Source: Candidatus Poribacteria bacterium
Lineage (GTDB): Bacteria; Poribacteria; WGA-4E; PCPOR2b
Length of the DNA: 64,000 nt
Reading direction: 5' to 3'
Assembly: GCA_965198175.1 (NCBI GenBank)
Contig: OZ240245.1
Coordinates: 384,001 to 448,000, forward strand
Below the pieces are notes generated by a model, which saw only the letters and a program-made list of their open reading frames with translations, was not told the DNA's origin and did no database searches. The position numbers and the translations under genes were made by a program. Each line of letters starts with the position of its first letter. Positions within the stretch are counted from its first letter, which is position 1. Positions 1 to 10,162 of this stretch are shown here, one piece after another.

Positions 1-706
1 CGGGTGGATTTTTGGCGTCTTTCGCCCGCTCTGCAGAAGACACAACGAGGGCGCATCCTCCAACACACGGCATGACAATCTCGAACAGATGAAGCGGGTC
101 ACAGATGAGCCTGGAATTCAATACATCTTCTACAGTCACCTGCTTTTTCAACAGGGCGTTCGGGAACTTGGAAGCATGAGATCGCGCATTCATCACCACG
201 TGCGCAAATTGCTCGTCCCTGGCGTTGAATTCGTGCATATACCGCCGCTTAATCATGGCGTATGCAGAATTGTTGAACATGGGCCCATAAATGCTATCGA
301 AATCACGTTCAAACGCGGTCCCTGTTTCCAGACCGAATTCGTAGATGCGCTTGGGATCCATTACACTGCCGGCGACAATCAAGACATTATTGCAGATTCC
401 ACCCGCGATGACGGCAGCCGCATACAATATCGCTGCATTCCCCGATGCACCCCCGCGGTAAACATTATCAAGGAACTTCGGGTGTAGCTGAAGGTATTCT
501 TGCAGGTCTTCTGTCCATGTCGGTTCTTCGTCTAGCGGATATATAGAGATCAGCCCATCAATGTCGTCTTTCGTTAACCCTGCATCCTCAATGGCAAGCT
601 TTACTGCCCGACAGTATTCTGTATAGTTCGATCTATTTCCAGGATTGCGTTTTTCAAATTTGGTTTCTCCATAGCCGATAATCGCGGTTTCACCTCTGAT
701 GCTCAT
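1..706 (-). CDS. SCP2/Ltp2-type thiolase-fold protein (runs off the left edge)
   Basis: Not in the ORF track; translated manually from ATG 706 (GGAGG RBS upstream): MSIRGETAIIGYGET...AIEDAGLTKDDIDGL...GGASGNAAI...YAMIKRRYMHEF...VEDVLNSRLICDPLHLFEIVMPCVGGCALVVSSAERAKD. Open to position 1. Has GGAS in place of the thiolase CxS nucleophile motif. Confidence 0.85.
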   Translation of the reverse strand, partial: MSIRGETAIIGYGETKFEKRNPGNRSNYTEYCRAVKLAIEDAGLTKDDIDGLISIYPLDEEPTWTEDLQEYLQLHPKFLDNVYRGGASGNAAILYAAAVIAGGICNNVLIVAGSVMDPKRIYEFGLETGTAFERDFDSIYGPMFNNSAYAMIKRRYMHEFNARDEQFAHVVMNARSHASKFPNALLKKQVTVEDVLNSRLICDPLHLFEIVMPCVGGCALVVSSAERAKDAKNPP

Positions 707-1015
707 TTGAAAATCCCTCCGATTCGTATAAGTGAGACTTCAGAAGGCTGCAAAGCTCAAAAGTATATGAAAGCCACACCCTCTCGGTGAACACCCTGAA
801 CATGCCAATTGACACACGCCATATTATAGCACGATGCAGGGATTTTGTTAAGACGATTTGTGGACGTGTAATGATTCCTGGCTTGACAGTTTTTCCAAAC
901 AGTTACTTTTTCGAGAAGAGGAGTTGATACGATCCTGTATTCATCACCGGACTTAATACAGTATCGAATCACGCGGTTTTAGCGCATATGCCCAAGAACG
1001 CGATGAGCTTTTCTG

Positions 1016-1044
1016 TTTACCTTTCTTCGTAATCGTGCTAAAAT
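1016..1044 (+). promoter_or_regulatory. sigma70-like promoter for the NHL gene
   Basis: TTTACC-17 nt-TAAAAT with extended -10 TG. Confidence 0.5.
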
Positions 1045-1123
1045 GACAAAACTTTCAGTTCATCAAGCTAGATCGAATAGCAATTGTAATGTGTCAAATT
1101 GATAAAGGAGGAACGAGCACAAA

Positions 1124-2098
1124 ATGAGACAAGTTGGTTTTGGTAACTTCGTTTATGAGGAAGTTCGGGAATGGGGACAATTTCCTGCAGACTGGGCCTT
1201 TGAAGATTGTCCTGGGGTTGCTGTTGATTCACAAGACAGAGTTTATGCCTTTACCCGCGAGACAACAGGTATGGTTGTCTTTGACCCTGAAGGTGCCTTC
1301 TTGGGATCGTGGGGGAGAGACCTATTTAAGCGACCGCACGGTATATTCATTGGTCCGGATGACGCGATTTACTGCGCTGACGACTGGGGCCAGTCAATTC
1401 GGAAATTTACGACTGATGGTGAACTGCTCATGGAAATCGAGACCAAAGACCATCCGGCGGATACCGGCTACGTGTGGGGAAGCCAGCCGTCAGCCATACG
1501 CCGCGCCGGCCCGCCGTTTAACTTTCCGACTTGGGTAACCCTATCCCCAGAGGGCGATCTGTACGTGACGGACGGCTATGGCAACGCTCGGGTACATAAA
1601 TTCACCGCCGACGGTGAGCTGCTCTTTTCGTGGGGCGAGCCTGGCGACGGTCCTGGTCAGTTTGTCACACCGCATAGTATATGTGTAGATAAAAATGGCT
1701 TAGTTTATGTCGCTGATCGACAGAACCTCCGAATCCAGGTTTTCAATTCGCGAGGTGAATTTATCAACCAATGGAGCGACGTTCATTGGCCTTGTGATAT
1801 GTGCATTGACCCTGAGGAGAATATCTATGTCGCAGAGGTAGGTGGGGTATTCATGAGCACTGGGAAGGTTCCCAATCACGACAATCCATCGGCACGAGTG
1901 ACTGTGCGCAACTTGAACGGAGAAATTCTGTCCGAATGGGGTGAAGCCGATCCGCTTGGAGAAGGTAGATATTTCGCACCTCACAGCATCGCTATTGACT
2001 CGCAAGGCAGCCTGTATATCGGTGAAGTTTCGACATCATACACCGGTGGCACGGCACCGGCTGATTGGCGGGCGTTTCGCAAGTTCGTTCGAATCTGA
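1124..2098 (+). CDS. NHL-repeat beta-propeller protein (peptidylglycine lyase-like family)
   Basis: Repeated NHL motifs: PGVAVDSQDRVY, PHGIFIGPDDAIY, GDLYVTDGYGNARVHKF, PHSICVDKNGLVYVADRQNLRIQVF. AAGGAGG RBS. Confidence 0.85.
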   Translation: MRQVGFGNFVYEEVREWGQFPADWAFEDCPGVAVDSQDRVYAFTRETTGMVVFDPEGAFLGSWGRDLFKRPHGIFIGPDDAIYCADDWGQSIRKFTTDGELLMEIETKDHPADTGYVWGSQPSAIRRAGPPFNFPTWVTLSPEGDLYVTDGYGNARVHKFTADGELLFSWGEPGDGPGQFVTPHSICVDKNGLVYVADRQNLRIQVFNSRGEFINQWSDVHWPCDMCIDPEENIYVAEVGGVFMSTGKVPNHDNPSARVTVRNLNGEILSEWGEADPLGEGRYFAPHSIAIDSQGSLYIGEVSTSYTGGTAPADWRAFRKFVRI

Positions 2099-2245
2099 GC
2101 GATTTGGTTTCGATTTCATCAGCTCTTACCACCTCTAAATCTCCTCTTTGTTTCCCAGACCCTCTTGCTCTCACATCCTAACCCTCCAATGTTGAGAGCA
2201 AGAATGAGGTGTTCCTGACCTAGAAGGGTGCGAAAAGAGGATTCT

Positions 2246-3481
2246 ATGTTCGAAAGAAATAGCAGCCGCGCATTCGATCAACACATGCTTTCGCCCGAAT
2301 TCTATGCGAATCCGTATCCGATTTACCACCAGCTTCGCGACGCGGATCCAGTACATTGGAGTGACGCTTGGAAGAGTTGGGTGCTCACGCGCTATGCTGA
2401 CGTCACCTCCACCTTGCGTGACTTTTCCCGCTTTTCAAATGTGGGTCGGATTGACCTGTTTCTCGAACAGTTGCCAGAGGAGGGACGGGGAAAAATGGGT
2501 CCTCTCAAGGGACACTTCTCAAGGGCGATAACGCACTTGGATCCGCCAGATCATACACGGATCCGGAAGTTGTTGAAAACCGTCCTCTCGACGCGCTTAG
2601 TCCAGAGCATGTGCCCGCGTATTGAAGCGCTTGTGAACGAGCTAATCAGTGAGGTCCAAAACGCTGGACGGATGGATGTCATTCGCGATTTTGCCTATCC
2701 ACTGCCCGCCATTGTGCTCGGTGAGATGCTCGGGATACCCCCGGAAGACCGCGACCAATATAAGAAATGGTCTGATGATATTGGGGTTGGACTTGTGGGG
2801 ACAGGGCGTGCCGCGCTGGACAACGTTCAACTAGCACGGCAGAGCCTATTTGAACTGACCGATTACCTTCGTCCACTGGTTGCACAGCGCCGACAGCATC
2901 CCCGGAACGACCTCATCAGCAACCTTATTTCCATTGAGGTGAAAGGCGATCGACTCAGCGAGAGGGAGCTTTTTTCAACCTGTATTACACTCATCCTTGC
3001 CGGGCACGGGACGACGACTAACCTGATTGGCAACGGCATACTAGCGCTGCTGCGTCACCCTGATCAACTAGAGGCTTTGAAAAATGACCCTTCTCTGATT
3101 GAGGTAGCTGTCGAGGAGTTGCTGCGATACGATAGCCCACTCCAGCGGATTTGGCGGATGGCTACGGAAGATGTCGAGATTGACGGCAAGCACATTCGCA
3201 AGGGACAGATTGTCTTACCGACAATGGGAGCGGCAAATCGCGACCCGGCAGAATTTTCTGAACCCGACCGACTCAATATCAGTCGGCAGAAAAATCCACA
3301 TGTCGCACTTGGTACGGGTATCCATTTGTGTGTAGGTGGCCCACTGGCACGCCTTCAGGGCGCAATTGCAATCAATGCACTACTCCGGCGCCTGCCTTCA
3401 TTACAGCTTGAGACCGAGGCACTAGAGTGGGAAGCGAATCTGTTTCATCGCGGCTTGAAATCGCTGCCTGTCGTGTTTTAG
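2246..3481 (+). CDS. Cytochrome P450
   Basis: DPPDHTRIR, I-helix LAGHGTT, EELLRYDSP (ExxR), heme motif LGTGIHLCVG. Start moved to ATG 2246 after GAGG. Confidence 0.95.
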   Translation: MFERNSSRAFDQHMLSPEFYANPYPIYHQLRDADPVHWSDAWKSWVLTRYADVTSTLRDFSRFSNVGRIDLFLEQLPEEGRGKMGPLKGHFSRAITHLDPPDHTRIRKLLKTVLSTRLVQSMCPRIEALVNELISEVQNAGRMDVIRDFAYPLPAIVLGEMLGIPPEDRDQYKKWSDDIGVGLVGTGRAALDNVQLARQSLFELTDYLRPLVAQRRQHPRNDLISNLISIEVKGDRLSERELFSTCITLILAGHGTTTNLIGNGILALLRHPDQLEALKNDPSLIEVAVEELLRYDSPLQRIWRMATEDVEIDGKHIRKGQIVLPTMGAANRDPAEFSEPDRLNISRQKNPHVALGTGIHLCVGGPLARLQGAIAINALLRRLPSLQLETEALEWEANLFHRGLKSLPVVF

Positions 3482-3662
3482 AAGCGGCTGCGCATTGGTA
3501 GGCTTCATCTGGTATTGACTAGACCGCTGAGAATGGCAATATCAATCAGAAAACTGTCTTCGCTTGCGGGGAGGCTGAAACGGACCAAGGATTTTCACCG
3601 TGCTATTCTCGTACACTGTCAGATAAGTTTTTGAGGATGTACTGGCGATTTCGTTCTAAGGG

Positions 3663-6041
3663 TCACCGATCGGGCTTGAGCATCAAGGTGTGAGTGGCGG
3701 CGCCCGGCAGGAAAGCGTGAACTTCCCCTTTCACCCAGTGCTTATGTCCATCTTTGTAGTTTGGTGATAGTGGGTGACCGGACTGACCGCCAGGCATGTG
3801 TAGAATCCCATCCGCGTGCCGCCCTGGCGAGACGACCAAGCGCTCAGACGCTCCAAAATCCGGTTTCGAAACCCGGACGCAAAACGTACCTCCTGATAGT
3901 AAATCTTGAGGCATGTTCAAAAATTTACCCACCACAGGGATGCGTCGTCCTAATGGATGGGCAATATCTGCCGTGTTAATCCGACCCCAAGTCAGTTCAT
4001 CAAGCGAATTTATATCGTATTCACTGTATAACTGATTAAGCACCTCTTCCAGCTTGCCGCGTATCCATACGTCCCAATTTGGGTAGCTAGTATCCGGAAT
4101 CAACTCGGGAACTTGCTCTGTGAGCATCATCCGAAGCGGGGGTTCGATGGTGCGCCATGTATAGACAAAGTTTTCATCAACTCCTTTACAGCGGGTCAAG
4201 AATGGCGTAAACACATCAGTCGCTAAGCGTTGGTGAAAGTGTACAAGAACGCCGAAACTGACGCTGTCCACCTCTGCCTTACCGCTCCACGCTTCGATAT
4301 GCCGGCGTACGGCTTTCAACTCTGGCTCATTCACAATAGCCTCGTTCGTCAGCACTGAAAGCGCAAGCTGTTGATAGAAATCGTAGAATTGGCTGGTTGT
4401 ATCCAACTGGAGTTGGAGCATGTCCTCTTCTGTAATCTGATCCATTTCACTTAGGCGTTCGCTGATTCGGTAGGCGCGATAGCTGTTTGAGTAATTGTGA
4501 CCGATTACATGTGGGTAGTCTGTTCCAAGCGTCCGATTGTTCGCTGTTACCAAGAAACCCGCAGGCGGATCTATCACGCGCGGCAAGTCATCCGGTGGAA
4601 TATATCCTTCCCAACCGATTTTCCCATCTGCCCAAGACTTACTCGAAGCGCCGTCAAAGCCCTTTCGAACGGGCGTCCTTCCGCAGTAAGTCCAAGCAAT
4701 GCGCCCGGTGTTGTCACCCATGGCGGCATTGAGCGGCGGTCCACCAGAACGATTCATGACGTGAATCGCATCTTCAAGCGTGTCGGCTTCATCAATGTAT
4801 AACAAGCCGATGTCAACCGCTTGGGGCTCAAGCGCTGTCCAATGCATCGCAACGCGTTGCCCCATCAGCGCTGTTTCGCTGACAGGCCCCCACACGGTCA
4901 GCTTAACGGGTTGGTCAACTGTCTTGCCCCCTTTTATCCGAATAGTTTCGTTCACAACCTCAAAATGTTTCCAGCCGTCAGGTGTCTTATACTCGTCCGG
5001 ATTTTCGGGGTTTAGCTCCAGGCCGACGAGATCAAGAAAATCACCACCGATATTGGTAAATCCCCAAGCAACATGCCCATTTGAACCTGCAACCACGCCG
5101 GGGGTACCCGGCAAGGTCACGCCTGAAATTTCAACATCTCCATAGCGAAGCGCGGCACGATACCAGATGTTTGGAACGCTAAGTCCCAGATGCATATCGT
5201 TGGCGACGATCGCCCGATCATCGCTCGTCTTGGACTTTGCAACAGCCCAGTTATTCGATCCGACACGGGGTTGCATCCGAACCATCCCTGTTTTTTTGTC
5301 AGTCGGCGATGGGGCGTATCGGATTGAAGTCAGGGCTTTAATAGGAATCGGTCGAATGGGACGATGAGCGCTCTTCCCGCCCGATAACACAGTCGTATAG
5401 TTGTCTGTATCAGGAGTTAGAAAATCCACAACCTCTGGCGGAAGAGATGCAGCCATGATACTCAGCATCCTTTCATCTTCCTCACTATCTCCCGTTAGTT
5501 CCTGAAAGATATTCAGTATAATCAGGATGCTGTCTTCGACCGCCCAAGGTTCGGGCTGATAACGCAGGATAAGAAATTCAAAAGGCAGTACTTTTGCCTC
5601 TTCGATATAGGCATTTATACCCGAAGCGTAGCTGTGAAGAATCTCTTTTTGGTCTTCCGGGAGATTGGCGGCGATGGCTTTCGCCGCACGAGCAAAACCG
5701 ATTGTGCGTTGCCGCCTATCGACACCTAAAGCACCTTTACCGAGGATTTCGCTCAGCCTTCCAGCAGCGCGCCGGCGAAGGATATCGATTTGCCAGAGTC
5801 GATCGCGGGCGGTTACATAGCCCAGCGCCAGCATAGCATCCAGACGCGAATGAGCGACAATTGTTGGGATGCCGTATCGATCCGCAGTAATCTTGACCGG
5901 CGATTCCAAACCCGGAACACGCTCCTCACCGTCAAGCTTCGGCAGGGAAGCCCGGAGCAAAGCTAGAACAAGGATAACACCACCGATAGCAATAACAAGT
6001 AACAATAAAACAATGGTAAAAAAGATTCGAACCATATTCAT
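3663..6041 (-). CDS. Penicillin acylase / Ntn-hydrolase family amidase (S45)
   Basis: N-terminal TM anchor, DRYGIPTI, GYVTARDRLWQ, beta-chain start GSNNWAV, ANDMHL, TANNR, PGGQSGHPLSPNY. Confidence 0.93.
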   Translation of the reverse strand: MNMVRIFFTIVLLLLVIAIGGVILVLALLRASLPKLDGEERVPGLESPVKITADRYGIPTIVAHSRLDAMLALGYVTARDRLWQIDILRRRAAGRLSEILGKGALGVDRRQRTIGFARAAKAIAANLPEDQKEILHSYASGINAYIEEAKVLPFEFLILRYQPEPWAVEDSILIILNIFQELTGDSEEDERMLSIMAASLPPEVVDFLTPDTDNYTTVLSGGKSAHRPIRPIPIKALTSIRYAPSPTDKKTGMVRMQPRVGSNNWAVAKSKTSDDRAIVANDMHLGLSVPNIWYRAALRYGDVEISGVTLPGTPGVVAGSNGHVAWGFTNIGGDFLDLVGLELNPENPDEYKTPDGWKHFEVVNETIRIKGGKTVDQPVKLTVWGPVSETALMGQRVAMHWTALEPQAVDIGLLYIDEADTLEDAIHVMNRSGGPPLNAAMGDNTGRIAWTYCGRTPVRKGFDGASSKSWADGKIGWEGYIPPDDLPRVIDPPAGFLVTANNRTLGTDYPHVIGHNYSNSYRAYRISERLSEMDQITEEDMLQLQLDTTSQFYDFYQQLALSVLTNEAIVNEPELKAVRRHIEAWSGKAEVDSVSFGVLVHFHQRLATDVFTPFLTRCKGVDENFVYTWRTIEPPLRMMLTEQVPELIPDTSYPNWDVWIRGKLEEVLNQLYSEYDINSLDELTWGRINTADIAHPLGRRIPVVGKFLNMPQDLLSGGTFCVRVSKPDFGASERLVVSPGRHADGILHMPGGQSGHPLSPNYKDGHKHWVKGEVHAFLPGAATHTLMLKPDR

Positions 6042-6217
6042 GGTTCCTTATCTTAGAGTATTGTATTAACCTCTCTGGTCCTCCGCTCCCTGAATCGGAT
6101 AGACAGATTTAATTGGCATTGAAGGGTTGCTGTCCTGGAATACATGGTAGAGACTAAATTGTCCGTTATCGAATTTAACGTTGAGGTGCAAAGAAGAATA
6201 CGCAATGAGTTGCGTCG

Positions 6218-9130
6218 TCACTGCGAGTCACTACTACGTACCGTCCAATAAATTGCCCGGATAAAGCGTAATTCCTCGTAACTGATTTCGTCGTTAAACG
6301 CCTCGAAAATTGGGCGTAGACGGTTGGGACCGAGTTCGTCGAAGGTTTCTAGGACACGCTCTATGGTCTCGGGTGATAGCGATGACTCGGCGTACAGTCG
6401 TTCCACCGGCAGCGGATTCCCTGCCTGCACATACTTGCCCAGATATCTGATAATTGTCTCACGATTTACCCCATAGACCTGCTTCAGTTCGGTTACGGAT
6501 TCTCCGGACTGAAACCGTTCACCAATTTCTTGAGCGCGCGGGCTTAGAACCGTGGTTGTTGGTCTGACTGCACGAGAAGTTTGTCTCGGTTGCTCTGTCA
6601 GTCCGAGTTGTTGGCAGTACACACGAATGATTGGTAGAAACCTATCGGCGTACTTTTCAACTTTTACTGTGCCGACACCGTGCATCGTTTCAAACGCTTC
6701 CGTTGAGTGCGGAAAATAGATTGCCATCTCTTGTAAGGCGCGATCGGAGAAAACCATGTAGGACGGAACCCGTTCGGCATCTGCCAATTCTCTACGCTTG
6801 GTGCGTAGTTGCTCGAAGAGTTCATGGTCGTATTCACCCGTTTCGTCAGCATCTATATGGCGGCGCACCTGTGTTTCTAGCGGAGTCCCCCACACCTCCT
6901 GTTCTTTCCTGAGAACACTCTGCCCTTTCGGCGTTAATTTAACGCTACCGTGTTCTATGTCTCGCGTAAGGAGGTGTTGCTGGATAAACTGTCCCGCTAG
7001 CAGTTTCCACTGTGCTGTAGAATGCTCCCGACCAATGCCGTAGGTCGATAGCTTGTCATGTCTGTTTTCCAATACCTTCCTTGCTCGCGAGCCGCACAAC
7101 ACATTAATAATATGATTCATTCCGAAAATCTTGCCCGTCCGCACCACGCAGGAGAGAAATTTCTGTGCTGGAATGGTTAGGTTCACCTGTTCGTTTGGTT
7201 CTATCAGACAGTTGTCGCACATCTGGCAGTTGTCCGCCTCGTATTTTTCTCCGAAATAGCTCAACAGTCCAATACGACGGCAATCCGTTGAAGTCGCCCA
7301 ATCCACCAGTGCGGTTAAACGTTCTCGCCTGCCGGCTTGTTCAGAGACGGCACCCTGCTGGATAAAGTACTGAATGGGGTGGACATCGCCATAACCGAAC
7401 AGGAGCAGGCAATCTGCGCGAAGACCATCTCGCCCCGCACGACCAATCTCTTGATAGTAGCATTCAATATTCTTGGGCAAGTCTGCATGTATCACAAAGC
7501 GCACATCGGGCTTGTCAATGCCCATACCGAACGCAATGGTCGCCACCATAATCCGCACGTCGTCGCGGATGAAAGCGGTCTGATTCTGCCCACGGGTTTC
7601 GGCGTCCAGTCCAGCGTGATACGGTAACGCGGAGATATTTTTCTCAACCAATACCTCGTGGAGCGTGTCCACTTGGCGTCGTTTGGCACAGTAGATAATA
7701 CCGGATTGGTCGCGGCGATCGGCAAGAAAATCAAAGATTTGGCGATATAAGTCAACCTTCGTTTCGACAGCGATGGCAAGGTTTTTTCGGTCAAAGCTGG
7801 CGATGAACTCGTTCTCGTTGCGAAACCCCAATTCGTTCCTGATGTCGGTCCGAACGCGGGACGTTGCTGTAGCGGTGAGCGCAACACACACAGCGTTGGG
7901 AAATCGTTCGCGCATCTGTGCCAGTTGACGATATTCCGGTCGGAAATCGTGTCCCCATTGGGAGATGCAGTGCGCTTCGTCAATGGCTAGGCAGTCGATC
8001 TGACACTCACCGAGCATCTGTAATGTTTCGGGACGCAGCAGTGTTTCCGGCGCGATGTAGAGCAATTTGACCGCGCCCCTTCTAATCCGATCGGTGGTTG
8101 ACTGATACTCCTCGTAGGCAAGGGTACTGTTGAGGAAAACAGCAGACACACGCAACTGTTGTAGCTGCGTCACCTGGTCCTGCATCAGCGAAATTAGGGG
8201 GCACACAACAACGGTCAACCCGTCGAAACGCATCGCTGGAAGTTGGTAGCATAATGACTTCCCACCGCCGGTCGGCATGATAATTGAGGTGTCGCGCCGG
8301 CTTATAATGTTTTCGATAATTTCTGCTTGCAACGGTCGGAAATTGTCGTAGCCGAAGACGGTTTGGAGTAAGTGTAAGGGTGTGAAGGGTGTGGCGGAAT
8401 CATCCAACGGTGGCGTGTCACCCAACGGCGGAAGGTCCTCCTGCGGTAGCGCGTCAATTTCAGAGGGAGAGACAGCGTGATCTATGAATTGCTCACGTTC
8501 TCGATCGTCGTCCGCTTCAAGGAACCAGCCCGAAAGTTGGACATAGCACCGATACTCGATAGTAGACCCATCATCAGGCCGCCACCGATGCGCCAGCGAA
8601 ACGCGCAGCAGGGTTCCTGCTGGAATGGTTTGGAGCGGTTCTTGGAAGCCGACGAAGGTGAGGGTGCATCCCCCGTCTTCGGTCGAATAGCGGTAGCGGA
8701 CACGCCTGCCAGTGATGTCACGTACCAGCGGTTGGTCGGCACGCCAGGAGGTCGTACTGTAGGATGGGATTCCCCCGCTTTCGGCGATGTACAACGATCC
8801 GTTCAGTGTGGACTGCGTGAGACCTTCGTAAAGCACCGCTGGGCCGCCAACTTTGGGAGGCATGAATCTTTCGATGATGGCAATCGGATTCCCGAGGGAG
8901 GGTAGTCGCCGTTTTCTATGAACGATGATGTTTTCCACGTGCGGTGGAATGATGTCTGGTGCAGAGGTGGCTTCTACTTCCCACACGTCGCCAACCTCAT
9001 ATTCTAAGCCCGCGCCATCGTGGGCATCGCTATCGGCTGAGATCAACCGAACACTCTCTCCATCTGACGTAATTCCGCCGATACACGCTCCGCTTCCCAT
9101 GCGGGTCTTCGCAACAATAAGCACTCTCAT
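6218..9130 (-). CDS. recQ: RecQ DNA helicase with N-terminal dual-OB-like extension
   Basis: MPTGGGKSLCYQ, DEAHCISQWGHDFRP, ATIAFGMGIDKPDVR, YYQEIGRAGRDG, RQC Zn motif CRR...CQMCDNC, HRDC, C-terminal HTH. Start MRVLIVAKTRM at 9130 overlaps the upstream stop (ATGA). Confidence 0.93.
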   Translation of the reverse strand: MRVLIVAKTRMGSGACIGGITSDGESVRLISADSDAHDGAGLEYEVGDVWEVEATSAPDIIPPHVENIIVHRKRRLPSLGNPIAIIERFMPPKVGGPAVLYEGLTQSTLNGSLYIAESGGIPSYSTTSWRADQPLVRDITGRRVRYRYSTEDGGCTLTFVGFQEPLQTIPAGTLLRVSLAHRWRPDDGSTIEYRCYVQLSGWFLEADDDREREQFIDHAVSPSEIDALPQEDLPPLGDTPPLDDSATPFTPLHLLQTVFGYDNFRPLQAEIIENIISRRDTSIIMPTGGGKSLCYQLPAMRFDGLTVVVCPLISLMQDQVTQLQQLRVSAVFLNSTLAYEEYQSTTDRIRRGAVKLLYIAPETLLRPETLQMLGECQIDCLAIDEAHCISQWGHDFRPEYRQLAQMRERFPNAVCVALTATATSRVRTDIRNELGFRNENEFIASFDRKNLAIAVETKVDLYRQIFDFLADRRDQSGIIYCAKRRQVDTLHEVLVEKNISALPYHAGLDAETRGQNQTAFIRDDVRIMVATIAFGMGIDKPDVRFVIHADLPKNIECYYQEIGRAGRDGLRADCLLLFGYGDVHPIQYFIQQGAVSEQAGRRERLTALVDWATSTDCRRIGLLSYFGEKYEADNCQMCDNCLIEPNEQVNLTIPAQKFLSCVVRTGKIFGMNHIINVLCGSRARKVLENRHDKLSTYGIGREHSTAQWKLLAGQFIQQHLLTRDIEHGSVKLTPKGQSVLRKEQEVWGTPLETQVRRHIDADETGEYDHELFEQLRTKRRELADAERVPSYMVFSDRALQEMAIYFPHSTEAFETMHGVGTVKVEKYADRFLPIIRVYCQQLGLTEQPRQTSRAVRPTTTVLSPRAQEIGERFQSGESVTELKQVYGVNRETIIRYLGKYVQAGNPLPVERLYAESSLSPETIERVLETFDELGPNRLRPIFEAFNDEISYEELRFIRAIYWTVRSSDSQ

Positions 9131-9615
9131 GGCAAGATATGCTCCACTTCGAGACTCAGTACCTTCGCTAGTTTGTCCGCGACCAGCAATCGGTGGCACG
9201 CCACGGGTTCCTGTTCAACGCAAAAGAGTGCCACAACCTGTGCGTCCGGTTTCAGGTCGTCAAGCAGATTTTGTGGTTGGAAGTGCGTCAAGCATTCATA
9301 CTGGTATCCTTCGATGAACGCCTGCCCCAATCCCGTGCGTTGGCGTTTGGCAGTTTTCGTCGCTTTATCCGCCTCAGCTTGCTTGGCTCGCACGATTTTG
9401 GACGGTGCTAGGTCTTTGCGATGCAGGTAGTGGATTCCCAAACCAGCGAGCCGTGCTTGCAAACGTTGGCTATTGGCGAAAGCATAAGTTGCGCCGCGCA
9501 CCCCTCGCCGGTCACGGATATCACAGAATGTGTCAACCCTTGCGTCCTGTAGTGACCGGAAGAAACCGGCTTCATCAAACCCGTATACGCCAATCGTGAC
9601 AATTTTAGGTTTCAT
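9127..9615 (-). CDS. DUF488 family protein (second copy)
   Basis: IVTIGVYG...FCDIR...ALFCVEQEPVACHRLLVA. Start MKPKIVTIG at 9615. Confidence 0.85.
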   Translation of the reverse strand: MKPKIVTIGVYGFDEAGFFRSLQDARVDTFCDIRDRRGVRGATYAFANSQRLQARLAGLGIHYLHRKDLAPSKIVRAKQAEADKATKTAKRQRTGLGQAFIEGYQYECLTHFQPQNLLDDLKPDAQVVALFCVEQEPVACHRLLVADKLAKVLSLEVEHILP

Positions 9616-10162
9616 CTTCACGCCGAGGGTATCGCTTGCGCGATTGGAATGTTGACACACCAAATAGGGAAAGTTGACCGCCGGTCAGCCGCTTAATGAT
9701 TTCAGCTTGGGACTGGGGTGTGTCATTTTCGTCAATGTGAACGACTGCTATCTCTCTATCCGTCAGGGTTACGCCGATCAGTTTACTCCGGTGGCACTCC
9801 TCCGGTTTTCCCTCGCTACACATGAGGGTAACGCGCTGTTGTTGGGAAAAAGCGGTTTGGAGACGGTTGATTCCGTCGGCGTAAAATTGCGCCGCTTTTA
9901 CCTTCTCGTAGTCCACGACCCCATTGACATAGCAATTTTCATCCTCGGGTCGTCCACCGAGCGTATCGCCCATGAACAGATAGCGAATACCATGTCGCTG
10001 TAATTCATCGGCTAGTTCCACTTTGGAAAACTCCGGCTTGTAGCGCGAATAAGGTGCCGAACGCACATCAACGAGGTATGCAATTTCATACCGCTGCAGT
10101 ACCTCGACAAACTGTTCAATGGAACGGCTTCCGTAACCGATTGTGTAAATCGGAATGGTCAT
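9605..10162 (-). CDS. DUF488 family protein (first copy)
   Basis: IYTIGYGSRS...LVDVRSAPYSR...LGGRP...LMCSEGKPEECHRSKLI. Start MTIPIYTIG at 10162. Confidence 0.9.
   Translation of the reverse strand: MTIPIYTIGYGSRSIEQFVEVLQRYEIAYLVDVRSAPYSRYKPEFSKVELADELQRHGIRYLFMGDTLGGRPEDENCYVNGVVDYEKVKAAQFYADGINRLQTAFSQQQRVTLMCSEGKPEECHRSKLIGVTLTDREIAVVHIDENDTPQSQAEIIKRLTGGQLSLFGVSTFQSRKRYPRREDET

Noticed and set aside
89..487. 132-aa plus-strand ORF
   Set aside because: Antisense shadow of the thiolase-fold gene
9131..9199. N-terminal extension of RecQ in the ORF track
   Set aside because: Overlaps DUF488; the ATGA-coupled start at 9130 fits better
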